A stretch of DNA of 62,328 bases, counting the filler, from Choristocarpus tenellus KU-1152 (taxonomy: Eukaryota; Protista; Phaeophyceae): NCBI GenBank assembly GCA_964200185.2. It is 11 parts of 11 records of this genome, joined end to end, with 100 filler letters (N's around TTAATTAATTAA, not from the genome) between each part and the next. Parts side by side here need not be neighbours in the genome. Positions count along the whole stretch, not along the records: positions 49,403 to 57,061 come from CAXNAD020005800.1; positions 57,162 to 62,328 come from CAXNAD020011641.1; 9 more parts are not named here. One strand, given 5' to 3'. Shown here piece by piece: positions 49,649 through 61,731 of this stretch. Within the stretch, counting starts at the first letter, position 1, and every line of letters starts with the position of its first letter. Position numbers and translations under genes: made by a program. A model generated the notes under the pieces. It saw only the letters and a program-made list of their open reading frames with translations. It searched no databases and was not told where the DNA came from.

Positions 49649-51429
49649 CCTAACCCTAACTCTATTTACTTGCATGAGTAAGGTCTACATGCATAACCTT
49701 CACCAAGTTGGGAATAGGTAGGATGATCGTCAGAGGTTGCGGATCATCACTCAACCTTTTGTCCAATCTCAAACAGTTTGAAGTCGATTTATCATCACAC
49801 GTTGCAGGTTGAGGCCTCCTCCTCGCATTCCACTCTGTAACCACAAACCCCAAACTGTCCACCATATAGTACAGGCGGCCTGGCCTCACGCAAGCCCTGA
49901 AAAAGTTGTGATAACAGTGGACCGCTCTCAACATGGACAGCTTCTCGCGGCTGGTTATAACACTGGAGAGCTGAGGTTATTCCGGTGAGGGAAAATTGTG
50001 GGACAAGTATAAATATGCCTAGGGAGTCAAAAGGGTCAGTTTGTACTGCAGATATCAGAGATGAGGTTGGTCTGCCTTCCTCCTATGAGCAGACCCAGTG
50101 GATGTGTGTACATTTGGATATATTCAGTTTCGAAGATAACTACCCAAAGAATTTAGCTCTGCATTAATGTATAGTGTGAGTGGAGATTGCCTCCATCCAC
50201 CTTGGCAAAGAGGAACAGGTGGGTGGAGAATATTGTAGCGACAATTGGCATTCTAAACCTCCCATTACTTCCTTCCAACAAAACGCCCAGTAACACCCCG
50301 TTCATATTTAGCAAAATCCCTCAGAGTCGTCAAAGTAGGGATCCAGACTCTCTTAGAGTCCGGCACTAGTTTTCTTTATCTCTCTTCATCCCTTCTTCAG
50401 CAATTTTAGGTATTTTGAAAAAATCTTTATTTCCCCACATGTGGAAGCAAACACGGTGGTAGTGCATTCTTGGATTCCTAGGTGCTTATGTCAGGTGGCT
50501 GCAAAATATTATCTGAGCAGATGAGTCCAGCTACCAGCACGTGAAGGAGTTGGCTTGTGTGAAACCCTGATTAATTCCGAAATGGATGATTGGCACAAAT
50601 ATGAGCTCTTGAAATAGCTACTCAACTCTGGAGCACTTCTAATACTTCTGGACAACACTATGCCAAAACCTGTGCTACTCATAAGCAAGAGGCTATGTTC
50701 CATCTAGCCCCTCGATTTCAACCCAGTGCAACTCCCACCCTACACCTCTGAGGATGTGCAGGTACCCATGCCAGAACCAGGGAGTGCACGGGGTCCACGG
50801 GGAAGGGCATTCTTCTGCTGTAGCCCGTGTTCGCTTTAACGCCGATGCCTCCTCTGTATTATCAGTTGGGGGAGACAGTCAGGTTATCTTAGTGCACCAG
50901 ATAGTTTCTTCCTCGTCATGATGATACCTGTCCTTACCAATCCATTGGAATGTTGGTTTTCTACTCCTCTGTTGTGCTTGTGTGTCTGACCATGGAGGCT
51001 TTAGGTACTTGTCACATCTTCATAGATGGATGCCGTACGAGTGCCTTTGAAGCTTTCAATGTGTAATTGGAGCTGAACAAGGATTTTGTGAGAAATTTCC
51101 TGCTTATGTAGTGAGGGGGAAATAACAAAGTACTGTCTAGCGTGCTGTGCTTTGTACCATGCAATTCCAACGGGTTGTCCAACTGAGTTACATTGAAGGA
51201 GTACCTTCTTCAAAGAGAGGACTATTGAAAAGGGCTTTACCTCATGAAAACAACGTTTTTTTGCAATTGTGGACCTCCTTACTTCGCAACAGCCAACCAC
51301 CTATGTTGAAGAGTTCACCCTAGAAGAAATTACAAATCCACAGCAAATACTGTTAAGTGGATTCTAGTGCAATAGTTCGAACTGTGTACTTCGGAGCAGT
51401 TCAGATCTTGACCGGGAACCTGTCATCAG

Positions 51430-52200
51430 AAGATTTCGAAACAGGGAGGTGGCTGCTTGAGGGGGGATGGGGGTAGCCTGGTGGAGCTGGAAGGCAGTGA
51501 GTAGGTGTTGTGGGAAATCTTATTGATGCCAAGATGGGGAGTATAGAGCCTATTCATGTGAATTACGACACTATTCGGATGGAAACTATTCCACCTCCAG
51601 GAATGTCGCCCCATTAGTAAACAGCAGGATTGACCAGGTCACCAAACTTGACCTGTAGCTTGTCATGCATGGAAGCAGTGTGTGTCATGTATGAGGTAAT
51701 AGAAAAACAATTTAAGGGAGAAGATCGGGAATTGTGCAGTGTCTTTCTCACAAGTTATGTGGAAAACTGAACTCCTGCATAGGGAGGGTAACCATTGTAC
51801 ACTGGAGCAGCAAATAGCGCCATCACAATGATAGCATTGGGTGGCATTCAGAATAGGCAGAAGAAAGGCGAAGCATTTCACTTTGTGTGATCTTAAACAA
51901 ACAACATGCACACAAATAGCATCATCAATACAACAAAAGTTGATCAAATAAACAATCCCGGAATCAGTTGTACTACTGTGTAGAACTCTGTAAGGCAGCA
52001 GAGTAGCAATGAAGTATTGATGGAATGCCTCCATCTCCCAACAAGGGAGAGACAACAGTCATGTTCCAAACTACATACTTGAAGAACCAATAGGTACAAA
52101 ACAGTCCACCTCTCCACTAAACAGTTCATAGGGATGTCATTCGCAGTACAGTTCAACTATATACTACCCTAGTACAGGCAAGGAAAAGCCTTGAAATCAA
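51430..52200 (-). pseudogene. Possible PIF/Harbinger transposase relic
   Basis: NFCCIDDAICVH...N.TQ...CD resembles the G.IDG.H...N.Q..CD block. Confidence 0.35.
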
Positions 52201-54169
52201 GTAATTCGTCACTGCACCACAATAGTCCTCTGTAACTACATCGGTGAGCACTTACGCTAATGAGTAGGAGCATGGGGCTGACAAAACCATTTAGTGTTCC
52301 GACAGTATAGTGATGCACGCAAATTTTCACTATTAGTATTTCCAACTGAGCTACTACTCAGCTACATCTCATATTTTGATGAAAGCATTGGACGATTAAC
52401 TCGATGGTACATAATAACGCACCCAATAAAAGCAAAAAAGAAGATGATAAGCAGCAACGACAAGACACCAGCTTCAAGGAGAAGACTAACCCTCCAACAG
52501 AAATATGGTGGAGCACAGCTGGTGTTTCTGACTACTACTGCTGAGTGTTACAAAAAATCCTTTACTGCAACAGTTTTTTTTGCAGAATTACGACTACTTC
52601 ACCAGTGCAACGTCTTGCTGAGAATGTCAACATAACGTTACTTCTATCGATAGTATACTGCTAAATTACTGCTCTACTTCAAGTACCTACAGAGCAAGTT
52701 GATATCATACTAGGGGATTGATGACAGGTTCTTGTTGCATCACCTACCACTGTTCAGTCTAAGATTTAGACACGTGGGCATGCTAACCAGTGAGGTTTAC
52801 AGTAAAACCAAGGCCAGAGCGGCAATCAAGACCACGAGGTCAACACACCACAATCTAATTCATAACAAGACCCTCCTGGTATCAACAGCGCATCAATGTC
52901 GCCTCTGTGGACAAGTAGAGGAATATTTCGGCACATTACATTGATATCTCACCGAGGCGTGCACTGTTTCCTGGCCACAATAAGAAGAGTCCAGGAAGAC
53001 TGTTGGAATCAAGGTTTAGTTGAAGATTCAGGTCTTTTCAAAAGCAGCACGTTATCTTTGTTTGGCAAGAAACTACATGAGGACTCCATATGATTGGCTG
53101 TCTGGGCACAAGCAACACCTAAGGTGAGGGAGGAACCATAGAGTCAGATATCCTCCACCCTTGTAGAAGCTTGTTCAGAGTTCTAGCAATGAACAGGAGG
53201 GGCAGGAAAGTTCAATAAGATCATCGGAAAAGAGCTGCGGGTTTGATCAAGTGGAGATAGACAATCAGAACTCTAGTGGTAGCACCGCTCCAACACAGAC
53301 ATTGGAAAGACAGCCTAGTACAGATGGTGGCACGGAAGCGATTGCTTGCAATGATGGAAACAAGGATCGAGGAGGCAGAAGCTGCTGCCAAGGCAGTTGC
53401 CAGCACAGCAACAGAGAAGGCGGCGGAACGCACAACAACAACGGTGTGGGAGTTGATGCTATTGGTACTACATGACCACGTCCTCTTACCATCTTGCTGA
53501 ACACAGAACTGCCTAGTGCAGGGTGGAAAGCATGAGTTGCTGCCTACATGTGCCCAACACGATGCAAGAGGTTGATCGAAGGAATAAGGGAAGGGAAAAG
53601 TACTGTAGAGATGGGAATATTACCTCAGTTAAGTCGATTTGGCCACACAGTCTGTCTCAGCCACGTGAAGGGTAGGCTGGCCAACAGTAGTAGAAATAGA
53701 GTCTGCATTAGATGCACTAGAATGATGATACTTTTTCAGAGTAGACAAGCAAGAGTCCTCTGAAAGTTGGAGTGACGTGGGGTACTTCAAACTCACTTAC
53801 TCCTTAAAGAAGGGCTTTAAGGCCCATACAGCACACCCTGGTGGTACCTCTTTCCCCCTCAGCGCATGCAATGATTGCAGTGGCACCACTACCCTTAAGA
53901 AATACCCACAGCCCTCCAAGAACTTTCGGGGAGGGTCAATAGAGACCCCCTGACCAGGGTAGACACTACAGAGCGGCAGGTAATGGTTGACTTCTTACCT
54001 CAAGGTCGAATCATGGCAGGCATAAGTATGAAGCCTGGCATCACCTAGTGCAGTCCGAGATGCAGGAGGGGTCTGGGGTGGGCATGGCTCAGCAACTGAA
54101 GTCTAGAGGAGACACAAAAAGTCAGAGCAATCAAGACCATGAGACCAACACACAATGCTATTATTCAGG

Positions 54170-54620
54170 AACATACAAAGGGTACAGGCAGCGATACATA
54201 GCACTCATGACTTTGACTAAGCACACGATGGTGCCGGTTGTGTGATTGGCACCCTCCAGTTTTGTTTGCAACTGTCGGGTCGTATTGGCACATAGATCGA
54301 AGTTGATTTGACTTTATCACGGCCTCCATACTTGCACCCTGGCTAGACAGCCTCCCCAACCTGGGATTGCTGCTAGGTTGTAGAGGATGACCCTTCAAAA
54401 CCTGGCTCGCAATGTTGTCCCACACAATCTTCACCATGCGGCTGTGAACGCCAAATTCTGCCGCCACCACTATCGTATCACCTCCAACATGATAGTATCC
54501 AGGAGCAGACGTGCACCAAACCTACCTGTCAATTCCAGCCTTGGTAAGATTTTGGAGTGCTTGAGTTGCAATCCATTACTTCAGTTTGGGTCCATTCCAG
54601 TGTTCAAATCCCCTTCTCAG
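54170..54620 (-). pseudogene. Mariner-like transposase N-terminal relic
   Basis: VAAEFGVHSRMVKIVW helix-turn-helix-like segment, similar in layout to the 58760 element. Confidence 0.45.
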
Positions 54621-55419
54621 AGGTCGATTTTCAGATTATTGAATTGTGAGGCATGTTCCGTGCCGAAAAACGTATCCCATCTGATATAAAAATATACTCC
54701 GGAGTATGCAGTAAATTTATTAGTGCATACATTCAACAACAATTTCAAAGAATCCATCTTAACGTTTATCAGCAGAAAAGCTAGCACTACTACTACAGAC
54801 CTAGTAAATGGCATCCATGGAAAACACATTGATTTATGGAGGTCATAGCAGTAGCAGTACAACATATTGTACACGAAATGTGACATTTTGTGGGTGAAGG
54901 TGAAACTAGAGTATGAACAAAGCAATGCACCATACCCCACAAAATATGCCAGAATACTCTATTAGAGAACCCATAAACGGAGCACTGACCCCTCTCATCC
55001 CTGTACCCTTCACACTTCCAAATCCTTTTCCCAGTCCCTATCTAAGCAACTACCTCATTTCCTGCGAGGCGAGTCAAACACTGTACAAAACAGCAAAGCA
55101 GCGGCCTCAAGTCAAAAGCTTGACCTTGGTGTTTGTTGCTTGACCATACACCAACATGTACAAACACAACACTCTTAATGGGAATTTAAGTACTACAGTA
55201 CAGTTGTGATGGGGAATGCCACATCATCTCGAATCCTCTCCTGTCTTCATGATTAACAAAACACTAATTTGTTTTTTGTGGAAACAAGTACATCCAACCA
55301 CTCTAGCAATCTCACACATGGAATATCTAATCAGGGCTCCATATTCTCTGGAAGGGACAGAGGACTGTAAAGTTTCTCCTACTGCTGGAAAAAAATCCTC
55401 TCCAGCACTGTTGTGGTTT

Positions 55420-55548
55420 GTGAGGGGGCGTCCGTTTCGGTCAAACAACTCTTTTTTTTCCTGACATTTCAAATCCGACACGTGCGACCAAATCACACCA
55501 AAAAGTGAAAAACGGACGCCGACACTCCTCCCCCAGATACTTTGACCC
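55420..55548 (-). mobile_element. Family B MITE, partial
   Basis: Reverse complement of 5519-5665; ends AGATACTTTGACCC. Confidence 0.85.
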
Positions 55549-56277
55549 TTCCCCTAATCCTACAAAAAAATATGACTGAGTGACACCCTGCTCAAGTCGA
55601 GGGTAAGCAAGTCCATGGTCAAACAAAGGTGGCGGTATCAAGGCAAATTTTGCCGGAATGAAAATATCTATATCTACAGCAGATGAAAAAGAAGCTGAGT
55701 GCCTGAGGCTCCGCTTGTGCCCCATGATGGTAGTGATTCTAGAGAAGCTAAACCCCTCCTCTCATCTGGCATGGGTGAGGTCAATGACCCCATCAAACAC
55801 ACTTCAGTATATTTCAAGAGTGGGGGCAGACTAGACTGTCCTTCCTTCCTGTACCACCTGTCTCTTCGCTCACATTCATCACCCCCCCTATTTCCACCTG
55901 AGGGGCCTGAGGCAGGGAAATGGGAATTCCATTGTCAATGTTTCAGGCACTGCCCTCTCTAAACCAGTCACCACTTAGCCCTAACCCTCTATTCCTCTCC
56001 TTCTCAGTTTTTTCCATTGGTACTATCGGAGAAGATACTGCAGGAGCACACATGTTGGTACGGACACCACCCTTCCCACCCTCACTCTTGTTGACCTCTG
56101 ATTCAATGGCAACAGTGGACTTGAGCAAGGGAATTGTATGCCTTCATGCAGCAACAGGGGTGACAGGGACTGCCCTAGAACATGTAGGAGCACAATGCTG
56201 AGGTTGTGCAACCTCCTATTGATCTCACAGGGGGGCTAAGGCTGCCTCTTTGCGCCCAGGAAAAACAAGAGGGCATG

Positions 56278-57045
56278 CTAAACCTCATTCCTCCCGCCAA
56301 CCTCAAGAGTAGTCTCTGCAACAGAAGTGGTGTCAAGTCCCTCCCCCAATGTGATTTTCATTTTGTCCATTGGTAGGTCACAAGTATCACATAAAGAAGA
56401 ACGGTGCAAAGCAGAAGCACCATAACTTGAGCAATTGCCCCCAAAACCATGGACATTATCAGAAGTTGGTGGGTCATGAACGTGGGATGCTTCCTCGACA
56501 ACATTTCCAGCAGCAGAGGGGGTCTCTCTTGCTTCATTTTCTTCCCCTCTCAGGTATAGGGGAAAGGACGAACTTTGGCAGGTAGCGTCCCCTGCCTCTA
56601 TTGGACTCACAGTCAACTCAGGCACAACATAACCATTATCATCGCTAACAGTAGGCCTACTGCCAGTCGACTGGGTCATCCAAGGTTGGACAATGGGGGC
56701 CATCTTTCCAATAGAACCACTACTGCTGCCAGCATCAGCCCCTATCTGACCTCCCACCAAAGGGTAAACATCAGTCCCATGCTGTTGACACTCTGCTGCA
56801 ACAGAACCTAACACCTGAGGTTCTTCTCTGATCCCCAAATTTGCCTCTTCACCACCGATTGTCCTTTCCCTGTCCCTATCCCCTTCCCCTACCTCCACCT
56901 GTACATGTAGGTCTTCCACTTGAGTGGCCCATTGCCCCATATTAACACTTGGATCTGAGTCTTTTTCTGGTCCCGATACAAATACCTCTACATCATTTTC
57001 TGCTCCAGCAGGGGTTTGTGACACCTGTTCCTCGGAGTTGAACAC
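56278..57045 (-). CDS. Acidic low-complexity ORF or exon of unknown function (may be a relic)
   Basis: 255 open codons preceded by a TTGCCAG acceptor; no recognisable domain. Confidence 0.35.
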   Translation of the reverse strand: MFNSEEQVSQTPAGAENDVEVFVSGPEKDSDPSVNMGQWATQVEDLHVQVEVGEGDRDRERTIGGEEANLGIREEPQVLGSVAAECQQHGTDVYPLVGGQIGADAGSSSGSIGKMAPIVQPWMTQSTGSRPTVSDDNGYVVPELTVSPIEAGDATCQSSSFPLYLRGEENEARETPSAAGNVVEEASHVHDPPTSDNVHGFGGNCSSYGASALHRSSLCDTCDLPMDKMKITLGEGLDTTSVAETTLEVGGRNEV

Positions 57046-57161
57046 CTGGCAAGGTATGATGNNNNNNNNNNNNNNNNNNNNNNNNNNNNNNNNNNNNNNN
57101 NNNNNTTAATTAATTAANNNNNNNNNNNNNNNNNNNNNNNNNNNNNNNNNNNNNNNNNNNN

Positions 57162-57507
57162 GTGGCGGCTGTCCATTTGGGGTCAATTTTTTCATGTCGC
57201 GATTTTTGGGTTATTTGGTTTCATACGTCGGATGGTAGGAGAATACCCGAGTTTGTCCGTTAAGGGCTTGGCTTCCCACGGTGTTTTTATGCCTTTTTTT
57301 CGGTTTTCTGTGAACACAATTACCCAATCCGAAACATTTCGGAGTAGGTAAATGATACAACGGCTGTAAAAGGTGTATCTGAAGCAAGGATATTGACACT
57401 TGCTAACCATCGCGACAGCCAGAATCCTGTCAAAATCGCAACATTGGATTTATGACCCCGAACGGATGCGGACGAATGCGGCCCTACCATCAAAAATGCT
57501 TTGGATC
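57162..57507 (-). mobile_element. Longer A/C composite element (C-type end joined to A-type interior and left end)
   Basis: GGCGGCTGTCCATTTGGGG...CGTCGGATGG runs into GTTTGTCCGT...TCGGAGTAGGTAAA...AATCGCAACATTGG and a diverged TIR. Confidence 0.75.
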
Positions 57508-57664
57508 GTTCTTCACCTGCTCACTGAGTAGTAGTGATGTTGCACTTTGCGACTGCCTTGCAATACTTCTTTTACACATCCAACCATTTTTCTTCACAAG
57601 GCTTCCCCATGGAAGGCTTGCTCCATTCCTCTGACCTCCAAGCCGCTCTTTGTGCAAGAGTTGG

Positions 57665-57849
57665 GGCTCAGATTATCTGAGGGGGGGGTCGCGGCTGTCC
57701 ATTTGGGACCCATTTGTCCATGTGGCGATTTTGTGTAATTTGGTTGCATGCGTCGGATGGATAATGTAAGTTCACTTCTCTTGGTCATGGCCCGAATAGA
57801 CATCCTGGTGTAGACCCCCCCCCCCCCTCCCAAAAAGATAATTTGAGTC
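57665..57849 (-). mobile_element. Family C MITE, TSD TGG
   Basis: TGG|GGCTCAGATTATC...GATAATTTGAGTC|TGG. Confidence 0.87.
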
Positions 57850-58189
57850 TGGTCCGTCCCTTCTTTGGGAGCAATATGTATTCGATGGTTCATCCTGGGG
57901 TGGCCTTTTGTGTAACCTTATGTTCCAATGCTATTGAGCTTCCTCTTCCCCATGACCTCCAGCCACCCCTTGGTGTTCAGACTCTTGAAGAATTGTCATG
58001 TCCTGTCCTGGTTGTGGCAATTATTTCCTTCCTTCACTTGATATTCCTAGGATTCCTCCGCTGGAAGTGCATCGACTCCCGTTCTTGGTGATGAATGCAG
58101 ATTCTTAGTCAATACCCCCTCCATCTCTGCTTACACTTATGCCAGCAATAGTCCAATAATGGAGGCAGAGAACCTTTGACCATGTCAAT

Positions 58190-58700
58190 ACCCTCATCTT
58201 TCATGGGGATATTAATAGTGGGCACCAAGTACCTACGAAGGCACTGTAGAGATCGTGTCGTGGTGCTCCAGTAATACGTATCTTACCACAACATGGCGTA
58301 ACTGATCTTGAACGAGTTTGATATTTTTTCAGATATGTCCCAACGATTTGATCTAACAATATACTATCATATGAAAGAATGATCTCAGCTTCCATTTTAT
58401 GCAAACAACTTTGATTGGAAGATATTGTGCGGAACAGAGAACCAAATACTCCCACTGTTCGGAATTGAATGTAACATACCTTTTGCAAGCTAAGTTCTCA
58501 ATTGGGAACAACCCATGTGATAAACCATTTGAACGAGGCTTAGTCCCAATATAAACTGAGAGGTGTGCAAAGTTTGGGATGTTAGACTGTCATGATTGTG
58601 GAGGATCACCAGTACAAAGTCGACAAAGTCGCATTTGATGGGGTTCGAAAATTTTGTGAAACTATCAAGGCAGGAGTTTATTGGTATGACTAGGACGAAG
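58190..58700 (-). mobile_element. Gypsy RT/RNase H relic
   Basis: NPIKCDF and downstream connection-domain-like fragments. Confidence 0.4.
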
Positions 58701-58759
58701 CCCCCCCATTCTTCAAGTGGCTTGCTCATCCCGTTGTTGCCCATTGGTCCCAATTCTTC

Positions 58760-59830
58760 CGCCCAGAAGGCTGTCCGGGGTCCAGACTCCAACACCCCGA
58801 CGGAGAACAGTGTGGTGGCGTGATGCGTGGAGGCGAGAGGGCACAATACTCGGATGCCTTAGGAGGTGGCAGGGGCCGTCACAGAGGACTTCAGAATTTC
58901 CCGAATCACCGTGTTCCGTCATTTGAAGGAGTACGACAGCCACGTCGCCTGGGGTAAATGCATGGAGGCTCAAAGTATCTTGGGGGGGGGGGTCCACACC
59001 AGGGTGTCCATTGGGCCCTGACCACGAGAAGTGAACTTACATTACCTATCCAATGTATGCAACCAAATTCACCCAAAAATCGCGACATGGAAAATGGGCC
59101 CCGAGTGGACAGCCACCACCACCCTCCAGATACTTTGAGCCGGACCTTGTACGATGTCGTAAGGGGGTGAGGTGGCTACCGTACAAGTATCGGGATGTCC
59201 CATCGGTACACTGCACATCCTTCCACAAATGGGCAACAAAAGATGGCGTCTCCCTCGACTCGTTGTGGGATATGTGCAAGCGTGAGAAGGTAAAGAAGGT
59301 CTGGCGGTGGATTAAGCCAGTCCTCTCAGACCAGCAGAAAGTCAACAGGATGGATTTCGTCATGAGTCACATGCACAGGAGGGGGGGGAGTGGTGTATAC
59401 GTGGATGATGTGTATGACGGGGTACATGTGTATGAGTAGTGGTATTACATCCTCAAAGATGGGCAAGGTGTGCACCTACACTCCACTGAGGACCCTCCCG
59501 GACTCCCCACGGATACAGAGCAAGTGCTACATTACAAAGGTGGTGTTCCTAGCAGCTGTGGCCTGCACTAGGAACCTCTCCAATGGGGTGTGGTTCAATA
59601 GGAAATTTGGGATCTGGGCAATCGTGGACATTATGGTCACTCAGCGCTCCAGCAAACACCACCCCAAGGACACCACGGTGCTTGTGCCAGCCATGGTGGG
59701 TGGGGTGAGGTATAAGAATATCATGATCGAGGATGTCATCCCTGCAATCAAGGCCTTCATGCCTAGGCCAGAAGGACACCCCATCTTTGTGCAGCAGGAC
59801 AGGGCAAAGCCACAAACCAAGGAGGGGATT
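58760..59830 (+). pseudogene. Tc1/mariner DD39D-type (plant/oomycete mariner-like) transposase pseudogene
   Basis: IKPVLSDQQKVNRMDF, VHVYE*WYY, SKCYITKVVFLAAVA, KFGIW, QRSSK, VIPAIK, IFVQQD.AKP; third catalytic D missing (truncated). Confidence 0.88.
58967..59141 (+). mobile_element. Family C MITE, complete, TSD GGA
   Basis: GGA|GGCTCAAAGTATC...GATACTTTGAGCC|GGA; removal restores the frame KCMDLVR. Confidence 0.93.
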
Positions 59831-61731
59831 AGAAGCAATGTTGGGGGTAAGATTATTGCCAATGGAATCTCAACACTGATTGTGGGATATGGGGTGCTTG
59901 ACCACAACATAGAGTGTATTGCTAGCCCTCAGTGGACGCATAGAGGCCACACTGAAATCTGCTGCATTTGAGTCCAATATCACCAATAGTCTCTTGTCTC
60001 CTCAGTCAGCCTGTTTGTCCCACAAGGTGATTATTCACAATACTGGTTAAGATATCTGATGGGTGACCATGCCAAGACCATCCAGTCAAAACGACCGTGT
60101 CCAAGTACACTGATATTCGCAAGAGCGTACCACTTTTTTGAGTCTTCCCTTATCTCTTTGAGCCAAGGAGGTCTGAATGTGGTAGAACAGAGTAAGCACT
60201 GTTCCGAAATTTTGATGGTCAAAATGTGTTGCTGACTTCATCAGCTTCCATAAATCCATGATTGATGTTCTAGACACTTCAGAAGATATAAATTGCAACT
60301 CGATCCATTTAACCTCATTGTTGTGTTCACAAGGTATTTGGCACCCTGCCTTGGCGTTGCTTAGTGTTGAGGGGTGTGAGTTTCTTCTTCTCTGTGACTT
60401 TGGAAGCTTTGCTTGTGCCTGACTCCACCTTTCAGAGTATTAACGGCCATCGACCCAATGCAACCAATCCGCAGTAATTAGGTTTGCAATAAAGTCTCCT
60501 TCTCGGGCCTTGTATCGATCTCCTCTGCACTTTGCCTTGACTTGAAAACTACTCCTAACCCCTAGCACCAAGGGGCTTCAAAAGGTGGTCAAACACAGAG
60601 CAATGGTGTGCCCCCCTTCAGTCTGAGGGGGGGCGAGAGATGGAGGTGGTTGCGCAAAGGAGTCCGTACGACAAACAAATAAGGAGATCATTCAGGCGTT
60701 AAGAAGATGCTAGGGTGCGATGGCTCGCCTGTTGTTGCTGTTGACAAGATGACACTTACGGCAGATCATATCCGCCCTCCAAGCGCACAACCTTGCAGAG
60801 GAAACATGGTCAAGGGATGCTGTCACAGGGCTTCAGAAACAGATTTTACTCTAAAGGAAAGCCATTTAAATACTCGCGTATATATAGTGTGTGCACCGTG
60901 TGCTATCAATAAGTATTACTTGATTTTCTATACCCTTCCTATCCCTCAACTGTTTTCAGTCTTTGGGGCCTGCAGTCAATTGCCACTCTCCTTAAGCCAC
61001 ACAAGGAGGGAGGGTCAAATGCTCTTCGTCCAGGGGGCTGCACTTAGTCACAACAGTAAGACTAACTATGAATATAATCCGATCACACCGTCTGAGTAGT
61101 AGGGATGGCAAGGATCCTATGGACAAGCTTGGCAAGCTTGGCAAACTCTGCACCCATGTACTCTGTAGTGCCAAGGGCAAGAGTAGACTTGAGAGTAGCA
61201 GGACCCCGTATTGATCCAGCTTGTCTCATACAGGCCTCTATTTAGGTTATCATAACCGAGGGCTATCCTCATCCTGTGGGTGACAGGCGATGCCCATGTT
61301 CACTGCTACTGCCGCTTCAAAGTCTAAAGTCTCCATTTTCATTTTTTGCCATGTGGTTGAGCCACAGGAGAAGGTCCAGCAGTTAGTCGTGCATAGTGTG
61401 CAGATTAAGGCGTTTAGGTTTGAGAGTTCCAGCAACTCTTCATTGCCTGCACTATCATGGGGGAGTGTGCAAAATAGGACAATAGTGAGGTGTACCTTAT
61501 TTTGTGTATGAGAGATGTAACTAATGAGATAGTACATCCGTATTATGAATGGAATATGTATGGGTTTTTATTCTGTATTCAACTAATTTGACATAACCAT
61601 GGACTTATGGATGAGGCACAAACAATAATAAAACTAGCAATGAGAAAACACTCTACAAAGGTCATGCGCAATATAGGCTGATAGTCTATATGGTTTATAC
61701 CTGTTTAGTGACCACTACTAGACAACAGGAA

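Noticed and set aside
49700-51400. Possible DIRS or LINE relic
   Set aside because: No diagnostic motif could be read confidently.
5687-59141. Recurrent AAAGTATC repeats as a CRISPR-like array
   Set aside because: They are dispersed inverted termini with TSDs, not regularly spaced direct repeats, and no cas genes are present.
59900-61560. Possible Gypsy protease and hAT dimerisation fragments
   Set aside because: Only faint motif resemblance.
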